A stretch of 39,764 nucleotides of DNA. Source: Octopus sinensis (lineage: Eukaryota). Positions 12,400-23,419 of this stretch are shown here, one piece after another. The DNA is taken from the NCBI RefSeq assembly GCF_006345805.1, contig NW_021835529.1, forward strand, positions 1 through 39,764, given 5' to 3'. Both the position numbers and the translations under genes were made by a program. The stretch's first letter is position 1; each line of letters begins with the position of its first letter. The notes beneath the pieces were generated by a model. That model was not told the DNA's origin. It ran no database searches and saw only the letters and a program-made list of their open reading frames with translations.

Positions 12400-13310
12400 A
12401 TGTTGCGCCATGCTTTGAGGCTGTCGCACTTACAGAAATATCTAAATTCCTCCGATGATTTGGACGACGACAACGAAAATAAGGGCGAAGTGGTGTGGGG
12501 ACGTCTTTCGTGCGACACGTCTTTCCGCAGCTCATCTTATTGAAACAGCTGCAGTCATGGATAGACCAAGGTTGAGCGTGTGGTACCTAGAATGTTCCCA
12601 GGCGCTCACTGCATTGTACCGACTGCTCAAAACCGTTGGCGAGAAAACAACCCAAGATTTCTATAGGGGGCTAGTTGAGGGTATGAGCGATGATGCCCTA
12701 TGATTGAATCTAGGCATCGACGGGAACAGTCTGAATAGTCTCGATCATGGACAATTTCCAAAAGTCTTTGGCATGGCGTATCACATTTGAGGGTTCTTTC
12801 CGCAGTGTGTGTCCGATCCACCTCCATTTCCTTCGTCTAATCTGAACATGTATGGGCTCCTGGTTGGCCCTTTCCCACAGGTCCATGTTTGGCACTCTGT
12901 TGAACCACTTCAGATGGAGGATCTGTCGGAGACATTTGTTGGTGAAGGTCTGGATCTTCTTGTAGTTGCTGCAGGTGGCTCTCCATGTTTCAGAGCCATA
13001 CAAAAGCACTTGACTGGAACCCGCGGGGGAAAAGGAAGCGACGACGCCCGAAGCAGACGTGGAAGCGGAGTATTTTGGACGAGCTCAGGACCACCGGCCT
13101 GACATGGGAAGCAACCAAGAAACACGCCAATGACCGCAAAATGTGGAAAATAACTGTTAATGCCCTGTGCTCCACAAGAGGCAAAAAGGATTAAGTAGTA
13201 GTAGTTGGCATAACAGTACTACAGAAGGGTCTTGCCCCTTCAAGACAAGCTCATCAGACATGGAAGTGCCAACATAGTAATCCGGGATATTTGTGTGGAC
13301 TTCCCGCTAT
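12400..13310 (+). mobile_element. Decayed L1/Tx1-like ORF2 C-terminal relic, interrupted by the RTE insertion
   Basis: Frame-shifted peptides HALRLSHL, FYRGLVEG and MDNFQKSLA*QYYRRVLPLQDKLIRHGS. The last reads continuously once the RTE and one TSD copy are removed. It resembles the region preceding the zf-RVT/CCHC of Tx1-like elements; the clade call is from recall. Confidence 0.55.
12768..13211 (+). mobile_element. RTE-clade LINE 3' end with 5' inversion and 7-bp TSD
   Basis: Minus 13010->12771 reads VLLYGSETW...WRWIGHTLRKEPSNVIRHA. Plus 13006-13194 reads ALDWNPRGKRKRRRPKQTW...LCSTRGKKD*. Tail (GTA)n at 13195-13204. TTGGCAT at 12768-12774 and 13205-13211. Confidence 0.92.
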
Positions 13311-13399
13311 TGGGGATTCTGTTATATATATATTATTTATTTATTTCTCTACTTACTATTATTATTCTCTGTTATATCTTATAATGTGGTATTATTATT

Positions 13400-15176
13400 G
13401 AGTGAGAGAGCAGTGCATGCCATCAAAGTGACACTGGGGTACAAATATACTGTTACGGTTGGCTAGGTGCATTTTTGGTGACCCACATTGGAATTATGGT
13501 TCCGGCATGTCTAGTAGAAAAGTGACAGTCTTTTGTTTAATGGAGGACTAATAGGTTTTGGAATGACCTGTGACCTTGTGCGGGTGAATTAGGGGTCGCC
13601 TGGGCACCCCTTGAAGAAGTGAAGAGGAGGACAGATTAAGGGAATCTAAGAGCAGATGGAGAGGGTATTGACAGTAGGAGAGAAGGACAGGCAGAGAGTT
13701 TGGTAGAGCTGTCATGAGAGAGATAGAGTATAAGACTAAGGGACAGATAGAGAGGCTAAGGGACAGTAGGCGATATAGATAGAGTAAGGAATCAGATAGC
13801 AAATAGAAAGACTATAGGTGGTAGAACAGAGGGAGATGAGGGAGTGGAAGTCAGGACAAGGAAGTGAGGTTCTGGGCAGTCGTTGAGCGGTCGTCGAGGA
13901 ACACAGACGGATCTTGCAGTCGCTGGCCGGTCCTCGAGGAAGACAGTCGGATCCTGGAAGTCAGAGCGAGTGGATGGAACCTTGGATTTAAGGAGCAAGC
14001 GTTGGAATTCCTGGGAGCGAGCTGGGATGCGAGGAGGCCTAGGGGCAAGCGATTGGAATATGCACAGAGGGGAATTAGCAGAGTATTCAGAGGATTTGGC
14101 AGTATTCAGAGATGAGTGCAGAATGGGACACTGGCGATTCAGTTAGGAATTAAGGTATGTGATTTGTGTATTGAACAGTCAAGGACTCTGTCGATGTGGT
14201 CGATAAAGGACATTGTGAATTGAGTAAAGGACTTGTTGAATTGTAACGTGAATTGTTGTGATACGAACATTGTATAATGTATCGAAGTGTTCTGATTGGA
14301 CTGTGACGTATCGTGAACATTATTTGATCTGGACTTGTTGTGTCGTTACTGAACACTGTTTATTGTTACATGCATGTTGTTAAATGCTTTGATCTGTGGT
14401 ATACCGTATGATGTATTGATTGTTGTTTGCCTTAAATGTATTTGATGTGTAGCAATTGTAATGTCGTATAAACTGTTGTTTGAATATAAGCCAGTGTTGC
14501 CAGTTGTTGCCTTGCCTCTTTGGGTTGTATCTCGGGTTGTGCCTCTGTATCTCTGTGCTGTTGAGGTTGTGGCAGTATCTATCTGTATCTCCTCTCTCCG
14601 CCTCTTTGGGTTCCGTGGCGGAACTTGTGTGAGCCGTTCGGGACGGGCGACGACGGGTGATTCCGTAACAATACGAAGCCCAGTATACCCATCATGACTA
14701 CCCGTCTGATAAGGTACACTAGGCACATGCATCACAACCATATGTGCGCGACATGGTGATCTCATATCAAGATAAACAGCGCATGACCTTGCAGGTGGGA
14801 CCCAGCTAGAATTTTCTTCTGGTCGAGTAGCCCATTCCGCTCAAAAGGTCCCCGAATAAGGATTTTTAAGGATGTTGAACGAACCACCCATGCTTCCAAA
14901 GGTGAATTATTCAAACCCCAAAGAATCCCTCTCAACACATGGCTATGATGCTTCCCCACTACTTCTGCTCGTGGTCAGAGATGCACATGTCGTCAGCCAC
15001 TAAGGGACATGCTCAACTGGTTAAGGTCAAACAACTGACAAGCAAATCTGTGGTATTGAGCAGAATATTTGCTGTAGCCCATCTTTTATACCAAGACAAA
15101 ACAATGTACGTGATAACACTTCCAGTTAAGATCAGAAGCCATGAAAGCCACTGCCTGTTACTGCATCAGAGCATTT
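13400..15176 (-). mobile_element. About 550-bp non-coding interspersed element in TTA-rich repeats, split by a solo LTR
   Basis: 13400-13450 joins 14675-15176 across the ATAC TSD. A partial second copy lies at 6612-6778. Both flanks are (TTA/TTG)n. No recognisable ORF. Strand is inferred from repeat polarity only. Confidence 0.7.
13451..14670 (+). mobile_element. Solo LTR, 1220 bp, probably Gypsy/Ty3-type
   Basis: Termini TGTTACGG...CCGTAACA (8-bp perfect IR, TG..CA). TSD ATAC at 13447-13450 and 14671-14674. Purine-rich left part, GT-rich right part, no coding signature. Orientation is inferred. Confidence 0.85.
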
Positions 15177-15213
15177 ATCATTATTGTTGTTGATGTTGTT
15201 GTTGTTGTTATTA

Positions 15214-15260
<47 letters not shown>

Positions 15261-15852
15261 TATTATTATTATTATTACACGTATGCATGTAGTATGTATT
15301 TACACATATCTATCTATCTACTTATATATATATATATATATAATACACACGCACACACAAAATTAATATAAACAACAGGTTGCAATGTTCATGAAAAAGG
15401 AGAATTATGATTGTCACTAAATATGACTCAGGTGTTAAAAAAACACCTACATTGCTAAAATGCTCTAATGTTGTATTTGACGCACATGAATGAAAGCATA
15501 AACACTAACAGGGACCATAATTGTCCGAAAAATGCCGACCGGAAATCCTTAAGATTGACGTCAGTTTCGGCAATTTCCGTTGCCTCGTCAGTTAAGCCAG
15601 CTCGCTGTTCGGTCTTTAGACCCGTTTCTCTGTTAATATATACGTTTGCATCATCCAAATTAATGGATGATTTAACGATTCGCTAATGTGTGAAATTAAT
15701 ATAACCAGCAGGATGCAATGTTTCAGCCAAGAAGGAGAATTATAGTTGTTATTAAATGTGACCTGGGTATTAACAAACACCTACATTGCTAGAAATAAGA
15801 GCTAAAATGTTCTAATGCTGTAGTTGACACACATGCGTTTGTGTGTGTGCGT

Positions 15853-15888
<36 letters not shown>

Positions 15889-15942
15889 ATTTCTTCCCGA
15901 TCACCGCTTGACAACCGATGTTGGTGTATTTACGTCTGCGTA

Positions 15943-16153
15943 GGGTGGCGAGCTGGCAGAATCGTTAACAAGCCGGGCGAAATGCTTAGCAGTGTTTCGT
16001 CTGTCTTTACGTTCTGAGTTCAAATTCCGCCGAGGCCGACTTTGCCTTTCATCCTTTCGGAGTCGGTAAATTAAGTACCAGTTGTGTACTGGGGTCGATC
16101 TAATCGACTGCGTCACTTCCCCCAAATTTTGGGCCTTGTGTCTAGAGTAGAAA
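15943..16153 (+). mobile_element. tRNA-derived SINE, Deu/Nin-like core (family A), with 18-bp TSD
   Basis: A-box-like TGGCAGAATCG, B-box-like GAGTTCAAATTCC, core GCCTTTCATCCTTTCGGAGTCGGTAAATTAAGTACCAG. TSD TGTATTTACGTCTGCGTA (15925-15942) versus TGTATTTATATCTGCGTA (16154-16171), differing only at CG/TA. Inserted into a family-B SINE 3' half. Domain name is from recall. Confidence 0.88.
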
Positions 16154-16319
16154 TGTATTTATATCTGCGTAAATTAGCGGTTTGGCTAAATTGCGTTTGA
16201 TATGTCTATGGTAAGTCTTAATTCGTTTCAAAGCATAAAAGTTGTACTCTGCAGATGAAGCCGTTTCCAGAGTTATTAAAATCAATTCACAATGAGTAAA
16301 GACTTTACTGTTAGAGATT

Positions 16320-16560
16320 TCTAAGTCGTTCAGCTTTATAAAACAGAAAAATTCCTGTTATAGTTTTAAATTGGGATTTTTCTGACATACAAACAAACTT
16401 AAGTTGTGATTTATATGACGGAAAAATAAATCCAAGAAATCATTATTGCTACTCTTCAGTGACTGAAAAACAAGCTCTGAGAATCATTTTCTTGATTCAC
16501 AGAATGACAGATGGCGTAAAAATTCTATGAATCTTAAGAAATTCAAATTTGCAAAGTTGA
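16320..16560 (+). mobile_element. Possible ancient L2/CR1-group LINE remnant
   Basis: Short peptides QLYKT and EKQALRIIF resemble the LYxS...QKxALRII C-terminal motifs. Heavily decayed. Confidence 0.3.
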
Positions 16561-17265
16561 TATTAATTTGGTTAAGTATCGTGACATTATCTCCACATAT
16601 AGATGCGAGAATGAAGTCTTCAATTCAGCATTTCCGTTTTTTCTCTTAAATCTAGGTTCACTTGCCTTAACCATTCTTTACAAAATTTTCCCCAAATTCT
16701 TCTCTCTTCTGCTCCAAAGCCAGATGAAAACTATTTTATCCATTATTTTTTCCATTTGTTTTTTGACAAAAATAACACAATACCCAACATCATGAATTCT
16801 TGTCAGCCTTACAGCATTAAATCGGACAATAGAGAAGAAAAATTAGGAGAAAGCAAAAGGAAAAAAGAAAAAAAGAATTAGTCATTGATGACAAAAATTC
16901 ACCTGCACAGTCACGTGGCTGATGACTGTTGATCCCTCTCATATTCAAGAGTTCTCCGACCATGTTTTTATGAATAAAGCGGTAAGAGATTCTTTACACG
17001 CAAAACACTGGCTCTTGGCTGACACATTCGCAAATATTCTCGTCGAAATTTCTTGAATAACAGAAAATGTTCTTTCAGCAAAATTTCTTAAAAGAACTAA
17101 TAAGCAATTCAGAGTCAAGAATTGCTAATTTTTGCCATTTTTTTTCTTTGTGATAAAACTAAATTAAGTCCGTGGCCAAAACAGTTTATAAATATACAAG
17201 TTTTGGATATTTCCTCTTAACTCTTGACCACAACCCAATCAATTCCTCAGTTATTTTTTTTTCAT

Positions 17266-17723
17266 CTTTTACGTTTAACTTGTTTCAATTATTGTATAAG
17301 TAGCCATGCTGGAGCACCGCTTTGAAAGGTTTAGTCAAACAAATCGATTCCAGTACTTATTTTCTAAAAAAAAAAAAAAATTCTGATATATATCCTATCA
17401 GTCTTTTTGGCGAACCGCTAGATTATAGGGATGTAAACAAACCAACACCGGTTATCAATTCATAGAGGTAAAATAGAACACATTCACAAACACACATCCA
17501 CCCCACCAGACATATACACACACGCGCGCATACACACACACAGATACATACATATACACATATATACGACGGGCTTCATTCAGTTTCCGTCTACCAAATC
17601 CGCTCACAAGGCTTTGGTTGGTCCGAGATTATAGTACAAACACTTGCCCAAGGTGACACACAGTGGAACTGAACTCTGAACCGTGTAGTTAGGAAGCAAG
17701 CATCTTATCCCACAACCACGCCT
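17266..17723 (-). mobile_element. Family-B SINE, diverged
   Basis: Same blocks as 8452-8843 (GCCATGCTGGAGCACCGC, CAGTTTCCGTCTACCAAATCC, CACTTGCCCAAGG). Confidence 0.85.
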
Positions 17724-17777
17724 ATATACACACCGACAATTAACAGCTGGGTATATACCTGTATATAATACATATGC

Positions 17778-17883
17778 GAACTGGAGCAACGTAAAATGAA
17801 GTGTTTTGCCCGGTCCAAGAATCGAAACGACGATCTTAGGACCAGGAGTACAACACGCTAACCACCAGGGTAGGCGCTTTCAC
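17778..17883 (-). mobile_element. Truncated tRNA-derived SINE related to 19303-19555
   Basis: CTGGAGCAACGTAAAATGAAGTGTTTTGC and CCGGTCCAAGAATCGAAAC match 19433-19500, with an internal deletion. Confidence 0.75.
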
Positions 17884-18156
17884 CTCCTCATCTACTCAGT
17901 GCTTTTGCTAACCTAGTGGTCTCCTTGCGACCTCTAAGTGTTGGCTCTGCTTTTGTTAACTATCCTATTGAATTGACATAATGCTGTCAAATTTATTGCA
18001 TCACTCTGACTTTCATCCTTTATTTCTTTGCTTCTTTTGACAAACTGATTCTGCTGAGTGTCACCAACTCCCTTTTTATTACACATCATATATTCTCAAT
18101 TCTTGCTTTACCAGTTCTTTTTTCTTTCTTTCTTTTTTTTTTTTTTACTTTTAGAT

Positions 18157-18675
18157 AGGTGCAGGGATGGCTGCGTGGTTAAGAAGCTTGTTTTCCCAGC
18201 CACTTGGTAACGGGTTCAATCCCGCTGCGTGGAGTCGCAGGCAAACGTCTCTTACCATATCCATAGGCCGACCAAAAAGCCTTGTGAGTGGATGTTGTTG
18301 ATGGAAAATGATAGAAGTCTGTTGTGCATACGCACACACAAACACACACAAACACACACTAACACATACAAGCACACACATAATCGTTTGTGTGTGCATG
18401 CGCTTATTTGTTTGTGTGGTGTGTGTAAGAGAGAGTTGGTATTTCCTTGTTTTGACGTGTCATGATTGTAAACGATTGCTACCATCATACAGACTGTATC
18501 CTTCGTTTCCAATCTTAGGTGAAACCATATCCAGCTATTTGAAAATATTACCTCACTTGGAAGCAGGTGAAGGTTGGCGATGGGAAGAACATCCGGCTGG
18601 AGATAATCTGCCAAGTAAATTCCGTCCGATCCATGCAAGCAAGGACAACTGGACATTAAAAGGACTACGAAGATG
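18157..18675 (+). mobile_element. Family-B-headed SINE with an alternative (RTE-like) 3' tail
   Basis: Head AGGTGCAGGGATGGCTGCGTGG..GGTTCAATCCC. Tail GATCCATGCAAGCA..GGACATTAAA, shared with 30262-30485 and 31546-32146. Confidence 0.75.
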
Positions 18676-18780
18676 ACCATTTATAATATTACTGTCTGCG
18701 TCGATTTTCCCTTGGTTCATTCTTCTTCATTGTTTTATTGTATTTTTGGCAAATTATTATTTTCCATAAGTATTAGACAG

Positions 18781-18990
18781 CGAGTTGACAGAATCGTTTG
18801 CCGGACAAACTGTTTAGTGGCATTTCTTCCGGCTTCACATTCTGAGTTCAAATTTCGCCGAGATCGACTTTACCTTTCATCCTTTTAGATGTCGATAAAA
18901 TAAGTACCAGTTAAACACTGGGGCCGGTGTAATCGACTTAAACTCTCTAATAAATTTCAGATCTTTCACCTATCGTAAAAATGACTATTC
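18781..18990 (+). mobile_element. Family-A SINE, diverged
   Basis: CTGAGTTCAAATTTCGCCGAGATCGACTTTACCTTTCATCC..ATAAGTACCAG. Confidence 0.85.
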
Positions 18991-19007
18991 TCCGTAAGTA
19001 TTCCATG

Positions 19008-19555
19008 TTTGTTCCTTCTCGCCTGGCTCATTAGGGCCGGTTTCCCGGTTTCCTTGGCGTATAGGTTCCCCACCTGGACGGGACGCCGGTCCGTCGCGGG
19101 TGAGCTGCAAGATGCAGGGTGAAAAGAGTGAGAGAAAGTTGTGGCGAAAGAGTCAGCAGAAGTTCGCCATTACCTTCTACAGGAGCCGCGTGGAACTTAA
19201 GTGTTTCGCTCATAAACACACACATCGCCCGGTCTGAGATTCAAACCCGCGATCCCTCGACCGCGAGTCCGCTGCTCTAACCACTAGGCCATGTGCCTCC
19301 ACTATAAATGTTTCTTCTCGAGCCATGCCAGGCTCATAAGAGCCGGTTTCCCGGATTCAGTGGCGTAGAAGTTCCCCACCTGGACGGGACGCCGATCCGT
19401 CGCAGGATACACATTTTTGCCAGCTGAGTGGACTGGAGCAACGTGAAATGAAGTGTTTTGCTCAAGAAGATAATGCGTCGCCCGGTCCAGGAATCGAAAC
19501 CACAACCTAACGATCATGAGTTCAACTCCCTAACCACTAAGCCACGCGCCTCCAC
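19008..19555 (-). mobile_element. Head-to-tail dimer of two related tRNA-derived SINEs (V-like 3' domain) inside one 14-bp TSD
   Basis: Units 19303-19555 and 19008-19302 each start GTGGAGGC..TGGCYTAGTGG and contain GCGACGGA(T/C)CGGCGTCCCGTCCAGGTGGGGAAC. GTAAGTATTCCATG at 18994-19007 and 19556-19569. Confidence 0.9.
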
Positions 19556-19864
19556 GTAAGTATTCCATGCGGCTTCATTAGTTGATAAAACACACATTCA
19601 TCCATCCACCACACACACACACAAAGCGAAGCAATGCAAAAGATAAGACCAAGCTCTAGTACGTAAGATTCTTTTTGCTGTTTCCGTCAGTGGACAGTGG
19701 GCAGTGGCCATACTGGAGTACTGCCTTAAAGTGATTGGTTTAGTCGAAGAAATCGATCCACTACTTGTTTTTTTTTTTTGTTTTTCAACTCTGGTTACAT
19801 TCAAACATCGTCACTTTCTTTCCAAATCCGGTTGCATTTTACATGGAACTTTTGGTCATCCAAA

Positions 19865-20137
19865 GTCGTCTAGTGTATAAGTCGGCCTACCATTTTTGGC
19901 TGTAAATTTTTAGTCTAAAATATTCAACTTGCATGCCGGAAAATAAGGTAAATGCTGACCTTTACTCCTCTTGATAGAGCATTTACAGTTGGTGAATTAA
20001 TACGTCTAAATAAATGAGTTAAATCTCTTTACGAATTCTAAAGAATTCCTCTCAAGTTGGCTGTGGACACAGAATATTCTCTCATGCAATGATACAATTG
20101 CTCTGAAAACCCGACTTGTGTGCCGAAAAATACGGTA
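19865..20137. mobile_element. Two pogo/Tc1-mariner-like MITE right ends
   Basis: CAACTTGCATGCCGGAAAATAAGGTA (ends 19950) and CGACTTGTGTGCCGAAAAATACGGTA (ends 20137) resemble the ...CCGAAAAATACGG|TA terminus type. No matching left ends seen. Confidence 0.4.
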
Positions 20138-20386
20138 CAAGCTGAGCTTTACACCCTTAATATAGCATTTGTAATCTATGGATTACATCGAAATAAACGC
20201 GTGAAATCTCTTGAGACATACAAATGAAATTCTCTCTGATTGGTTATGGGCACTGAACAGCAATGGTACAGTCACTTTTTAAAGAAAATCATACAAATAG
20301 TTAAAAAATATGTTTATACTATTCTTGATTTATTAAATTAATTCTGATTAAAATAAATCTGTCGGATTAATATATTAAATTTAGTA

Positions 20387-20547
20387 TAGGCACAACTCTG
20401 TGGTGAAGAAGCCAGCCTTGCAACTACTTGCCTTCGGATTCAGTCCCACTGCACAGCACCTTGCGGAAGCAAGTGTCTTCTACGATAATCATGGGCCGAT
20501 TAATGCCTTGTGAGTGAAATTAGCTGACGAAAACTGCGTGGAAGCCC

Positions 20548-20550
<3 letters not shown>
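20387..20550 (+). mobile_element. Family-B SINE 5' half, diverged
   Basis: GATTCAGTCCCACTGC..GCAAGTGTCTTCTAC..GCCTTGTGAGTG..GAAGCCC followed by (AT)n. Confidence 0.75.
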
Positions 20551-20634
<84 letters not shown>

Positions 20635-20694
20635 TATAAATATATATATATATATATGCATATACGTGTGGGTGTATGTATGTATGTACCATTT

Positions 20695-20873
20695 TCTCGC
20701 CAGATCAAACTTTGCTTTTCATCTCTCCGAGGTTGATATAATGAAATACCAGTCAAGTTTCGGGTGCTGGTGGTGGTTGTGGTGGAGGGGAGATTGAAGG
20801 ATCAGTGGTATCAACCGATTCCCCCTCCCCTCAAAATAACTGCTCTTGTGCTGCCTTTATCAGAAACCGTTAT
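20695..20873 (+). mobile_element. Family-A SINE fragment, highly diverged
   Basis: CTTTGCTTTTCATCTCTCCGAGGTTGATATAATGAAATACCAG. Confidence 0.6.
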
Positions 20874-21335
20874 TCTAGCGCAGTGATAATGAATGCATCT
20901 GAGTAGTCTAATGAAACTGTGAAATAGAAAACAGATATGGAATTTCGATCGAATTTAATGAACTGACACTACTACTACTACTACTACTTTGCCTTCATCT
21001 CTCCATCCAACATGTCAGTGCTATAGTAGGTTCAGAAATTATCAGTGTTGATTAATATCTTGCTAACCGTGACCTCCATGTCTCCGATCTCTTCAAGTGC
21101 TCACTCTAGTTATCTAGGAACATTAACACTGGGTACCATAGTGACATAATACTATTTGGTTTTGTTGAATACAGGCTGCTTTGTCTTCCGTACCTTCTCG
21201 AAGTCAACTGAAGGTATTCCTTACATCGCGATTCTGCTGCTTATTTACCATCCAGGTTCCCTTTCAGAACGATTCCAAATCGTCCTGGAATGGAGCCTTT
21301 ACAATCTTGAATATATGTCCATTCCTACAGCGATA

Positions 21336-21415
<80 letters not shown>

Positions 21416-22132
21416 ATATACAGTTTGTGAGTTTCAAAGCAAACTTACAGTAAATAGTGCTACGCTCCTGTAATTTTCTACAACGACAAAGCTTTTGACT
21501 TACGCTTGTGGTTCGTGTTTAATGACTATTAACTTCCCGTTGATTGTAAATATTCTGTCAAAAAGTCCTACCGATGGCTTGTGAAGTCATTATTCACTTC
21601 ACATCTAATGGCAGTTCTAGTATCCAGTTGTCCGATGTTTCCGTTGTCTATTAATGGTTTTTGGAGAAAGGTCATCCATTCTGGTTGTGAATGTCATTTC
21701 GATCAATCTTTATTACTTCTGTCAGAAGGAGAATGGTAACTCCAACACAATACTGTGAGATATTCAATGTCCACAAAGCTGGAAGCTTCAATTAGAACTC
21801 GGTGTTCTTTAGTTACTTGATCGATCACGGATAACATCTAATCAGTAGGTTATCTATCGACTCGTGTGTGTGTCTGTGTGTCACAGTCATTCATTTATTT
21901 AGTTAACTAATGTTAATAGTTGTCGTATTTAATGGCATAGAAGACTAACGGGCATATTAGCGCACCTGAATTTCAGTAGCCCATATTCGAAGGGGAAAAA
22001 TGGTTTGGCTTCATTAAAGCTTATATATATATAAAGCAGTCTATCAATATATTACAAAATTATACAAAAGCACGTTTTTGTCTTTTTTTTTTAGGAAACT
22101 CTGCTGTATGATGAGGTTTAAGTATTATAATT

Positions 22133-22951
22133 ATCGTTAGCAGACCGGGGGCAAAATGTTTAGCAGTATTTTGCCCGTCGCTACATTCTGAGTTCAAATT
22201 CCGCCGAGGTCGACTTTGCCTTTCATCCTTTCGGGGGCGATAAATTAGGTACCAGTGAAACACTGTAATCGATTAGTCCCTTCCCGCCAAATTTCAGGCC
22301 ATGTGCCTTTAGCAGAAAGGATTGGTAGAACCGTTTGCACGCCGGGGACAAAATACTTAGCGGTATTTCGTCTACCGTTACGTTGTGAGTTCAAATTCCG
22401 CCGAGGTCGACTTTGCCTTTCATCCTTTCGGGCTCGATTAAATAAGTACCAGTTATGCACTGGGGTCGATATAATCCACTTAATCCGTTTGTCTGTCCTT
22501 GTTTGTCCCCTCTGTGTTTAGCCCCTTGTGGGTAATAAAGAAATAGGTATTTCGTCGGCCGCTACGTTCTGAGTTCAAATTCCGCCGAGGTCGACTTTGC
22601 CTTTCATAATTTCGAGGTCGATAAAATAAGTACCGGTCAAGTACTGGGGTCGATGTGATCGACTTACCCCGTCCCCACAAATTTCAGGCCTTGCGCCAAT
22701 AGTAGAAAGGATTATTATGGAGTAAGGCGGCGAGCTGGTAGACTCGTTTGCCCACCTTAGCAGCATTTTGTCACGTCTTTACGGTCTGAGTTCAAATCCG
22801 ACGGTGGTTGACTTTTCCTTTCATGCTTTCAGGGTCAATAAAATAAAATACTAGTCAAGTACTTTATTTTACTGTACTGGGGATAGATGTTATCAACTAA
22901 CTTCTCCCCGCCAAAATTTCAGGCTTTGTAACTGTATTAGAAACCATTATT
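22133..22951 (+). mobile_element. Cluster of four co-oriented family-A SINE cores
   Basis: Cores with TGAGTTCAAAT(T)CCG in units 22133-22322, 22323-22546, 22547-22716 and 22724-22951. Confidence 0.9.
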
Positions 22952-23419
22952 CTGCAGTGATTAGGGTCATCTTAAGGTGTTATAAACCCACGGAAAAAGC
23001 AATGCATTGGGTCCAGTAGTATTAATCTATTGCCGGAAATTCATAGCTTACATAAAATTTCATTGGCTCCTAAACTCGAAGAGATCCTTAAATACACTAT
23101 CTACATTTATGTCACAGTATACATAGGTCAGAATTGGGCCCCTATTATTGGGCCCCTTCATGTATGTCATAGTATACAGAGATTAACATTAAGCTCTTAA
23201 ACACGTCGAGTTCGCTACATTTATAACCTATATGTATGTCACAGTATAGATACGTCGGCATTGGCCCCTCGATCCATGGGGCTCTCGTATAGCTGCCCAG
23301 TGGGTCCTCGTCTTAGGACACTTCTGGTTGTAATCAACCTGTGAACTGTAAAATTTAAGGGTGATCCATGGGTTGGGTCTGCTAAGACATTTTACCCTGT
23401 TGTCCCAGATGCATATGCG

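Noticed and set aside
13548-14765. ORFs inside the LTR as gag/env
   Set aside because: No recognisable motifs; overlapping ORFs on both strands in composition-biased LTR sequence.
16903-16963. Minus-strand ATG exon MVGELLNMRGINSHQPRDCA with CAG|GTGAAT donor
   Set aside because: Good-looking signals, but I found no convincing phase-compatible downstream exon and no homology. RNA-seq would be needed.
19230-19302. tRNA gene
   Set aside because: A/B boxes are present, but it continues into a SINE body and tail within a TSD, and no full cloverleaf is evident.
21249-21324. Minus-strand 76-nt exon EWTYIQDCKGSIPGRFGIVLKGNLD, kinase G-loop-like
   Set aside because: Lacks the first Gly of GxGxxG, the acceptor lies in a microsatellite, and no partner exons were found.
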